A program made the translations under genes and the position numbers. 32,000 nucleotides of DNA. Source: Pseudodesulfovibrio mercurii. Lineage in GTDB: Bacteria; Desulfobacterota; Desulfovibrionia; Desulfovibrionales; Desulfovibrionaceae. Below the pieces are notes generated by a model. That model ran no database searches. It was given only the letters and a program-made list of their open reading frames with translations, and was not told the DNA's origin. The stretch is from contig NC_016803.1 of assembly GCF_000189295.2 (NCBI RefSeq), positions 3,810,001-3,842,000 on the forward strand, given 5' to 3'. Positions 8,509 through 15,192 of the stretch are shown here, piece after piece. The stretch's first letter is position 1, and the number at the start of each line of letters is the position of its first letter.

Positions 8509-9405
8509 CTAGTCGGCCTGCGCGGCCTTGCGGTCCTGGCTGACGTACACGCCGGCGATGACCAGGGCCGAGGCCGCGTACTGCATCCAGTTGAGGCGCT
8601 CGCCCAGCAGGACCATGCCCAGGATCAGGGTGATCACCGGGATGAGATTGATGAAGGCCGAGGCCTGGGCCGCCGGGATCTTGGACATGCCGTAGTTGTA
8701 CATGCCGTAGGCCCCGATGGTCACGAACACGCCGAGGTAGAGGATGGAGAGCACGCCCGTGGTGTCGAAGGCCGTGGGCAGTTCGGTGGTGGGCAGGAAG
8801 AGCAGCGGGAAGAAGAACAGGGAGCCCGTGAAGGCCTGGACCATGGTCAGGAACCACGGGTCGTAGCGCGGGGTCAGCTTCTTCAGGGCGATCATGTACC
8901 CGCAGGCGCAGATCATGGCCAGAAATTCCAGGAAATTGCCGAGTATCGGGTTGGACGCCGTGTCCGTGGCCTCGGCCACGCTGGACAGGACCACCGCCCC
9001 GACGATGGCCAGGCCGAAGCCGGTGGCGGTGCGCCGGGTCAGGGGCTCGTCCAGGGTCAGGCGCGCCACCAGGGCCACCATGAGCGGCAGCAGGGCGCAG
9101 ATCATCCCGGCCTGGGAGGCGTCCGTGTAGGTCAGGGCCAGGGCCTCGAACACGAAGTACAGCCCCGGCTCGCAGATGCCCATGAAGGCCAGCAGCTTCC
9201 AGTCGCCGGGCCGGTAGTCGATGTGGCGCAGGTTCCTGAAGACCAGCAGGAAGCAGAGGGAGGCCACGAACATGCGGCCGAAGATGACCACCATGGGGTC
9301 GAAGCGCTGAAAGGCGATCTTGAGCACGATGAACGAGCTGGCCCAGAGCAGGACGGCCGCCCACAGCGCCAGCAATGCCTTTGTCTTCCCTTCAGCGATA
9401 CCCAT
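8509..9405 (-). CDS. EamA/DMT-superfamily transporter
   Basis: 298 aa, about 10 hydrophobic segments arranged as two EamA-like halves (WASSFIVLKIA..., ...GERLNWMQYAASALVIAGVYV). Confidence 0.85.
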   Translation of the reverse strand: MGIAEGKTKALLALWAAVLLWASSFIVLKIAFQRFDPMVVIFGRMFVASLCFLLVFRNLRHIDYRPGDWKLLAFMGICEPGLYFVFEALALTYTDASQAGMICALLPLMVALVARLTLDEPLTRRTATGFGLAIVGAVVLSSVAEATDTASNPILGNFLEFLAMICACGYMIALKKLTPRYDPWFLTMVQAFTGSLFFFPLLFLPTTELPTAFDTTGVLSILYLGVFVTIGAYGMYNYGMSKIPAAQASAFINLIPVITLILGMVLLGERLNWMQYAASALVIAGVYVSQDRKAAQAD

Positions 9406-9572
9406 GAACGACTCCTGCGGATGTGATCGAATCGTCTACCATTGTTCACGGTTGAAGGGAATGGCGTGGGCCATCATATATTCGGATGGCGGCCATCCGC
9501 GCGGGGCCCGGAACGTGAAAAGGGCCCCGCTCGCGCAGGACCCTTTTCACGGTGTTCTATGAAATGCTCGCC

Positions 9573-9842
9573 CTAGTGGGGGCAGACGGCCAGGACGTTG
9601 ACGGGCTTGAAGCCGTTGTCCGGATCCTCGGCGTAGCGGCAGCCCAGGTGGGAATCGTCGCGCTTGTGCAGGATGTCGGTCTCGGAACTGAGATAATGCG
9701 GACAATTGTTGTTGTTGCAGATGAGGATGACGCCCCAGCCAGTTTCGGGCGGCGCCAGCCAGGGGTCCAGCCGTTGGCCGCAATGCGGACAGTTCTTGTC
9801 GGGCAACTCGGTGACGATGCCCGCGTATTCATGAATGACCAT
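9573..9842 (-). CDS. Small Cys-rich protein (89 aa), putative zinc-ribbon; function unknown
   Basis: ATG at 9842 lies 8 nt after AAGGAG. The upstream ATG at 9860 overlaps that SD. Contains CPHCG, CNNNNCPH and a C-terminal CPH. No family recognised. Confidence 0.55.
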   Translation of the reverse strand: MVIHEYAGIVTELPDKNCPHCGQRLDPWLAPPETGWGVILICNNNNCPHYLSSETDILHKRDDSHLGCRYAEDPDNGFKPVNVLAVCPH

Positions 9843-9895
9843 CGCTGTATCTCCTTGCATGCGGCAACTGAAGCCGTCGTTTTATCGATGGATAC

Positions 9896-9923
9896 AAAAT
9901 AATCCCCCAACCCCCGCCGTCAA
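9896..9923 (-). promoter_or_regulatory. Candidate sigma70-type promoter for the Cys-rich ORF
   Basis: Minus strand reads TTGACG (9923-9918), a 16-nt spacer, then TATTTT (9901-9896), about 55 nt upstream of the ATG. Confidence 0.3.
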
Positions 9924-9946
9924 CCCCATGGGGTTGTTTTTTTATC

Positions 9947-10075
9947 GCCTCCGGCGGCCAGGGGGAAAGGGGAGAGGGGGAACCTTTTGAGAAAAAGGTT
10001 CCCCCTCTCCCCTTTCCCCCTGGACCCCCCAATCCCCCTCTCTCCCTCCCAAACTTTTTGGTTCCGCTTCGCGGG
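9947..10075 (-). repeat. Structured dispersed repeat, copy B1 (reverse orientation)
   Basis: GCCTCCGGCGGCC, then a perfect 28-bp hairpin (9961-9988 / 9993-10020, loop GAGA), then a C-tract block, AAACTTTTTGG and CCGCTTCGCGG. Confidence 0.9.
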
Positions 10076-10146
10076 ATGCGAACGCGGGGGCTTTTTCGTG
10101 CTTGTTATCCGCTATCCGGGCACGGCTTCGCGCGCCCGCACGCCTT

Positions 10147-10263
10147 CCGCGCAGCGGCGATAAAAAGTTTAGGAAGGAAAGGGAGATGAGGGCCCGGGGG
10201 AAGGGGGAAAGGGAAGCCCTTTTCAAAGGGTTCCCTTTCCCCCTTCCCTCGGCCGCTGGAGGC
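10147..10263 (+). repeat. Structured dispersed repeat, copy B2 (forward orientation); forms an inverted pair with B1
   Basis: CCGCGCAGCGGCG ATAAAAAGTTTAGGAAGG...GGGCCCGGGGGAAGGGGGAAAGGGAAGCCCTTTTCAAAGGGTTCCCTTTCCCCCTTCCC..GGCCGCTGGAGGC. Ends 5 nt from the yjgA stop codon. Confidence 0.9.
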
Positions 10264-10268
10264 TTCTA

Positions 10269-10796
10269 TTACTCCGCTGACTGGAGATCGCGGAGGAGGC
10301 GGAAGAGGGCGCGGGCGTCCTTGGGGGGCTTGCCGGCGGTTTTTTCGCGGCGGGCGCCAAGGGTCAGTTGGCGGATGCGCTGGCCGTTGTCCGGGTGGGT
10401 CTCGAACAGTTCCTGGAGCAGGTCGTCGTCGCCGTCCAGGAGGCGGTCGCGCAGGGATTCGATCGCCTGGAAGGCCTGGGTCTTGACCTCGTGGCCGAGG
10501 TGGGCGGCCTCCACCAGTTCGCGAACGTGGGTGGTGTCGAAGGTGCGCATGAGCTTGCCCACGTACTGCATGTGGCGGCGTTTGGCCTCGTGCTTGGTCA
10601 GGGTCTTGATGAGCAGCAGGGCCTTTTCCACCTCGGGGGGCAGGTCCGCCTCCAAGATCACCTTGTCGCCCAGCGCGGCCAGGTCGGCCCCGAGCTGTTG
10701 CAGGGCGGTCATGTCGCGCTTGAGCTGGGAGCGGCTCGGGCGGTCGTCGATCTCGTCGAATTCCTCGGGCCGGTAGGTCGGTTTCTTCTTTGCCAT
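10269..10796 (-). CDS. yjgA: Ribosome-associated protein YjgA/DarP (DUF615 family)
   Basis: 175 aa. SRSQLKRDMTALQQLGADL...KHEAKRRHMQYVGKLMR is the typical YjgA core. The start shares 1 nt with the upstream lipoprotein stop (TGATG). Confidence 0.8.
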   Translation of the reverse strand: MAKKKPTYRPEEFDEIDDRPSRSQLKRDMTALQQLGADLAALGDKVILEADLPPEVEKALLLIKTLTKHEAKRRHMQYVGKLMRTFDTTHVRELVEAAHLGHEVKTQAFQAIESLRDRLLDGDDDLLQELFETHPDNGQRIRQLTLGARREKTAGKPPKDARALFRLLRDLQSAE

Positions 10797-11413
10797 CAGT
10801 TTTTCAGCGGCGCGGCGGCCAGGTCGGATTCAAGGGCGGTGAACACGGTCTCCACGCCCTGGGTCAGCCCCTTGACCAGGGCCTGGGGAGAGCCGTCGGC
10901 CAGGGGGATGCGTTCGGAGTAGGAGCCGGAGAAGACGATGGTGTTGTCCGCGGTGGATTCGTCCACCGCGAAGAACTGCATCTCGACCACGGCGGCGGGG
11001 GCGGCGGTGGAATAGTCGCCGTAGAGCGCGTTGACCGTGCCCTCCAGGGTCAGGCCGGGCACGGCCATGCTGCCGGGCTCGATGATGTGCGCGAACAGGC
11101 CGGACTCGCGCAGCCAGCGGCGCAACTCGGTGGTCAGCATGTTGGCCGGGCTGACGAAGAACATGTTGTAGAAATCGGAATCAATGCGTTCCTCGGGGCC
11201 GCGATAGACCAGCTCGCGGGTGTTGTAGAGGTCCGAGACGGACAGCCGCCGGACAAGGAGGATGATGTCGCGGGGGGCGGCCGCCTTGGGCGCGGTGCGT
11301 GCCGGGGCGATCTGGTAGTAGCGCTTTTCCAGGGGCTTGCTGCCCAGCTTGACGCAGGCCGAAGCGGCCAGGGCCGTGACCAGGAGGGCGATGAGAAGGG
11401 CGTATCGTTTCAT
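10796..11413 (-). CDS. PqiC/YmbA-like ABC-transport auxiliary lipoprotein
   Basis: MKRYALLIALLVTALAASAC signal peptide with a lipobox-like ASAC. Size and position downstream of an MCE protein fit the ABC_trans_aux family. A GTG at 11422 is an alternative start. Confidence 0.65.
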   Translation of the reverse strand: MKRYALLIALLVTALAASACVKLGSKPLEKRYYQIAPARTAPKAAAPRDIILLVRRLSVSDLYNTRELVYRGPEERIDSDFYNMFFVSPANMLTTELRRWLRESGLFAHIIEPGSMAVPGLTLEGTVNALYGDYSTAAPAAVVEMQFFAVDESTADNTIVFSGSYSERIPLADGSPQALVKGLTQGVETVFTALESDLAAAPLKN

Positions 11414-11425
11414 GACGGTCACCGC

Positions 11426-12577
11426 TTAGTTGCCTTCGGGATGGGGTTTGCTCGGCGGGGTGCCGAAGATCACGCCGGACGGGTAGCGCTTGGCGTCGTC
11501 CGTGAGTTCCTTGACGTTCTGCATGACCTCGCGGGTGTCCTCGATGATGGACCGGACGTTGGCCTCCTGGGAGGCGGCCATGCCGTTGAGGCGGTTGATC
11601 AGGGTGTGGACCTTGGTCACGGCGGCGGCCAGGTCGGACGAGGCCCTGGAGATGTTTTCCAGGGAGGGGGCGATCTCGGCCATGGCCTTGTCCATGCGCG
11701 GGTCGGTCAGGGTCTTGCTCAGGACCTGGGAGGCCTGCTTGAAGCTGGCGATGGCCGCCCTGGTCTCGGCCGCGGCCTTGATGATGTTGTCGGCGGACTC
11801 CGAAGTGATGCGGTCCACGTTGGACAGGATGGAGGCGGTGTGCGGGATGAGGGTCTCGGCCGCCGGGTCGGCCAGCAGCCTGTCGGTCCGGCCCAGGATG
11901 CTCCGGGTGGACTGGAGGATGTCGAGCACGCGGTTGCCCGCCTCCCGGCCGCCCTCGGTCTTCATGAAGTCGTCGATGGTCCCGACGATGGACTTGACGT
12001 CCTTGATGATCGACTGGAGGTCTTCCTGCCTGAGGCTGCTCAGGGTCTTGCTGATGGTGGTCACGGCCTCCTCGACCCGGCTCAGGGTGGAGGGCACGGA
12101 CGGGATGTACGCGTATTCCGGGGTCCAGTCGATGGGCAGGGGCGGGTTGGTCTTGGGGTCCTGGTAGATCGTATTCAGGAAGAGCTGGCCGGTCAGCCCC
12201 AGGGAGGTGGGCCGGATGCGCATGCCGCGCTTGGCCTCGCGTGCCACATGCTCGACGAACTCGTCGTCGGTCATCTCCTTGAACAGGTCCGGGTTGACCT
12301 CGCAGCGGACGTAGACGTAGCGGGACTGGGGCGACTTGGCGTCGTGGTAGATGTTGGACACGAAGTTGATCTCGGCCACGCGGCCCACCTGAACGCCGCG
12401 CAGCTTCACCGGGGAGCCCACGGACAGCCCGTTGACCGACTCGTCGAAGTAGGTCTCCAGGGGGAAGGTGGTCTGGAAGTAGCGTCCGGCCCCGAGGATG
12501 ACGACCACGGCCAGGAGCATGCCGGTGCCGAGGATGATGTACAACCCCAGCTTGAAATAGTCTTTTTTGCGTACCAT
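11426..12577 (-). CDS. MCE-domain protein (MlaD/PqiB-like) with long C-terminal helical region
   Basis: 383 aa. N-terminal TM segment, then MCE motif LSVGSPVKLRGVQVGRV, then ~200 aa of helical low-complexity sequence. Confidence 0.85.
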   Translation of the reverse strand: MVRKKDYFKLGLYIILGTGMLLAVVVILGAGRYFQTTFPLETYFDESVNGLSVGSPVKLRGVQVGRVAEINFVSNIYHDAKSPQSRYVYVRCEVNPDLFKEMTDDEFVEHVAREAKRGMRIRPTSLGLTGQLFLNTIYQDPKTNPPLPIDWTPEYAYIPSVPSTLSRVEEAVTTISKTLSSLRQEDLQSIIKDVKSIVGTIDDFMKTEGGREAGNRVLDILQSTRSILGRTDRLLADPAAETLIPHTASILSNVDRITSESADNIIKAAAETRAAIASFKQASQVLSKTLTDPRMDKAMAEIAPSLENISRASSDLAAAVTKVHTLINRLNGMAASQEANVRSIIEDTREVMQNVKELTDDAKRYPSGVIFGTPPSKPHPEGN

Positions 12578-12580
12578 TGC

Positions 12581-13384
12581 CTATCCTTGGGCTGCCGGTT
12601 GTCCGTCCGGGCCGTGGCCGGGGGTGTCGATGTCGGGTTGGCGGAGAAAGAAGCGCCTGACGAACGGGTTGTCCGAGGTGTCCCGCAGCACGCGCGGGTC
12701 GCCCTCGGCCACGATGGTTTTGACTTCCTTGTCGAGCATGATAACCCGATCCGCTATTTTGTAAATGCTTTCCAATTCATGGGTGACGATGACGAAGGTG
12801 ATGCCCAGGTTCTTGGACAGGTCGAGGATGAGGTCGTCCAGGACCGCGCTGGAGATGGGGTCCAGCCCCGCGCCCGGCTCGTCCAGGAAGAGGATGCCGG
12901 GGTCCAGCGCCATGGCCCTGGCGATGGCCGCCCGCTTCTTCATGCCGCCGGACAGGGCGGCGGGCATCTTGTAGGCCGCGTTCTCCATGTCCACCATGGC
13001 CAGCTTGGACTTGGCGATGAGTTCTATGGCCTCCTGGGGCAGGTCGGTGAACTCCTCCAGCGGCAGCATGACGTTCTGGAGCACGGACATGGACCCGAAC
13101 AGGGCGCCCATCTGGTACATGACCCCGAACTTGCGGATGATCGTCTGGCGCGCCTCGCCCGTGGCCGAGGTCAGGTCGTCGCCGCCGAAGAGGACCCGGC
13201 CCGCCATGGGCTCGATCAGGCCGATCATGTTCTTGAGCAGGGTGGACTTGCCGCAGCCCGAGCCGCCGAGGATGATGAAGACCTCGCCCCGGTTGATGTC
13301 GAAGGTCACGTCGTTGACGATGACCACGCCGTCGTAGCCGCAGGTCAGGTTGCGAACGCTGATGACCGGTGTGTTGTCCGCCAT
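12581..13384 (-). CDS. mlaF: ABC transporter ATP-binding protein, MlaF-like
   Basis: 267 aa. Walker A GGSGCGKST, signature LSGGMKKR, Walker B ILFLDEP. GGAGG SD. Confidence 0.9.
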   Translation of the reverse strand: MADNTPVISVRNLTCGYDGVVIVNDVTFDINRGEVFIILGGSGCGKSTLLKNMIGLIEPMAGRVLFGGDDLTSATGEARQTIIRKFGVMYQMGALFGSMSVLQNVMLPLEEFTDLPQEAIELIAKSKLAMVDMENAAYKMPAALSGGMKKRAAIARAMALDPGILFLDEPGAGLDPISSAVLDDLILDLSKNLGITFVIVTHELESIYKIADRVIMLDKEVKTIVAEGDPRVLRDTSDNPFVRRFFLRQPDIDTPGHGPDGQPAAQG

Positions 13385-13393
13385 GGCCTCCGC

Positions 13394-14539
13394 CTATATC
13401 CCCAAATAATAGTACGCCACGGCGAACAGGCCGTCGGCGAAGGCGATGAGGATGATGCCCGAGACCACGGCGCTGGTGGTGGACAGTCCCACGGCGCTGG
13501 CCCCGGACCGGGTCTGCATGCCGCGCAGGCAGCCCACGCCCGCCACCAGAAAGCTGAAGACCAGCCCCTTGGCCATGCCGCCCCAGAAGTCCGTGGCGCT
13601 GACGTTGGCGAAAACGCGCGAGGTGAAGGTCACCAGGGGGTAGCCCATGGAAAGCATGACCAGGGCTCCGCCCACCAGGCTGGCCAGGTTGAAGAACATG
13701 GTCATCAGCGGGACCATGGCCATGGTCGCCAGGAGCTTGGGAACCACCAGGAAGCGCATGGGGGAAAGGCCCATGGTGGTCAGGGCGTCCAGTTCCTCGT
13801 TGATCTTCATGGTCCCGATCTCGGCGGCGAAGGCCGAACCGGACCGGGCGGCCAGGAGGATGGAGGTGACCAGCGGGCCCATCTCGCGGAACATGACCAG
13901 GCCGAGCATGTTGGGCACGAATATCTCGCCGCCGAACCGCTGCAGGCTGATGGCCGACTGGAAGGACATGATCAGTCCCATGAGGAAGCCGATGAGCACG
14001 ATGATGAACATGGACTCCACGCCCACGTTGATGCAGGCCAGGACCACGTCCTTCCAGCGCACCATGCCCGGATGCACGGCGGCCCGGCCGAGCAGGGAAA
14101 AGGACTCGCCCACAAAGGCGATCATCTCGCGCACGTTGTGCCACAGCTCGCCGCCCGCCGCGCCCACGGCCTCGGCCAGGCCGCGCCGCTCCCGTTCGCT
14201 GTCCCGCTGCTTGGGCAGGGCCGTGTCCCAGGTCAGGTCCACCAGGCGGCTGTCCTCCTCGCGCAGGTTCGTAAGTTCGATGGCGGCCTTTTTCTCGGCG
14301 CACAGCTCCTTGAGCTTGAGCAGCAGGGCCACGCCCGAGCCGTCCATGTAGGTCACGCCCCCGCAGTCGGCGGTCAGCCGGGAGAAGCCGGAACCGGACG
14401 CCCCCTTGACGGCCTCGGCCCAGACGGCGGTGGTGCCCGCCGCGTCCAGGCGGCCCGACAGGGCCAGGACCAGGCCGCCGTCCCTGGGGGAAACGGTGAC
14501 CCGCGCGTCGGTGGGGCTGCGTTTGTTGCTGGTGGCCAT
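13394..14539 (-). CDS. mlaE: MlaE-family ABC permease with N-terminal STAS (MlaB-like) domain
   Basis: The C-terminal ~260 aa are MlaE-like (REMGPLVTSILLAARSGSAFAAEIGTMKINEELDAL). The N-terminal ~110 aa look like STAS/anti-sigma-antagonist (LALSGRLDAAG...VTYMDGSGVALLLKL). Preferred ATG is 14539 (GAGGAA upstream); an alternative ATG is at 14575. Confidence 0.85.
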   Translation of the reverse strand: MATSNKRSPTDARVTVSPRDGGLVLALSGRLDAAGTTAVWAEAVKGASGSGFSRLTADCGGVTYMDGSGVALLLKLKELCAEKKAAIELTNLREEDSRLVDLTWDTALPKQRDSERERRGLAEAVGAAGGELWHNVREMIAFVGESFSLLGRAAVHPGMVRWKDVVLACINVGVESMFIIVLIGFLMGLIMSFQSAISLQRFGGEIFVPNMLGLVMFREMGPLVTSILLAARSGSAFAAEIGTMKINEELDALTTMGLSPMRFLVVPKLLATMAMVPLMTMFFNLASLVGGALVMLSMGYPLVTFTSRVFANVSATDFWGGMAKGLVFSFLVAGVGCLRGMQTRSGASAVGLSTTSAVVSGIILIAFADGLFAVAYYYLGI

Positions 14540-14701
14540 GGGGTGTCGTTCCTCGCGTGATTCCTGGAATGTCATCCGAAGATATCGAATTGTCAGATTA
14601 TCCGAGGAGACGGGAAAAGAAAAGTCGTATGTGCGCGATCGGTCGTCCGGCCGCCCGAAGTCGCTTGACAGGGGGTGAAAAGAATATTATTCCTTTATTC
14701 C

Positions 14702-15175
14702 ATGAATATCAGAAAAATTGACAAACTGGATTTGGAAATCCTGAACATCCTTCAGGAAGACGGAAAGGTTTCCAATGCCGAAATAGCCCGGAAGGTCGGC
14801 AAGGCTCCCTCGGCCGTGCTTGAGCGCGTGCGCAAGCTGAGGAAGAGCGGTATCATCAAGGGCTATGAATGTATTGTCAACCACAAAGCTCTGGGTCGCG
14901 GGCTGACCGCCTTCACATCCATCCGGGTGGAAGAGGGCGTGGGCGCCACCGAGGTCGGCCAGAAACTGGCCGAATTTCCGGAGGTTCTGGAAGTTCATTA
15001 CACCGCAGGGCGGGATTCGTATCTGGTCAAGGTCAGGGTGGAGGACACCGAGGCCTTGCAGGCGACACTGGCCAAGTTCGGCACCATCGGGCCGGTCCGG
15101 GACACCAATTCGACCATCGTCCTGACCACGGTCAAGGAGTCACGGGTCATACCGCTACCCCACGAAAACGACTAG
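14702..15175 (+). CDS. Lrp/AsnC-family transcriptional regulator (PutR-like by context)
   Basis: 157 aa from the ATG at 14702: MNIRKIDKLDLEILNILQEDGKVSNAEIARKVG, followed by a RAM domain. Ends 17 nt upstream of putA. Confidence 0.85.
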   Translation: MNIRKIDKLDLEILNILQEDGKVSNAEIARKVGKAPSAVLERVRKLRKSGIIKGYECIVNHKALGRGLTAFTSIRVEEGVGATEVGQKLAEFPEVLEVHYTAGRDSYLVKVRVEDTEALQATLAKFGTIGPVRDTNSTIVLTTVKESRVIPLPHEND

Positions 15176-15192
15176 AACACAAGGAGTCAACA

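Noticed and set aside
10790-14560. Very long antisense ORFs in the track. Examples: 10790-14560(+) 1256 aa, 21477-24584(-) 1035 aa, 15187-18063(-) 958 aa, 19333-21399(-) 688 aa, 29290-31527(+) 745 aa, 609-2363(-) 584 aa, 12777-14303(-), 16578-18368(+), 27200-28876(-).
   Set aside because: Each lies opposite or out of frame to a gene with unmistakable family motifs (MlaFE/MCE, HK/RR, PutA, SulP, AhbD, RpoA, Uup). Their translations are low-complexity and rich in G/A/R/D/H/V/L/P, as is typical of stop-codon-poor alternative frames in high-GC DNA. None has an SD-start context.
14665-14701. TTGACA (14665-14670) plus TATTAT (14685-14690) as the lrp promoter, and the GTG at 14675 as the lrp start.
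   Set aside because: The spacer is only 14 nt, too short for a sigma70 promoter, so it was not called. The GTG-initiated extension (MKRILFLYS) has no SD and precedes a normal Lrp N-terminus starting at the ATG at 14702.
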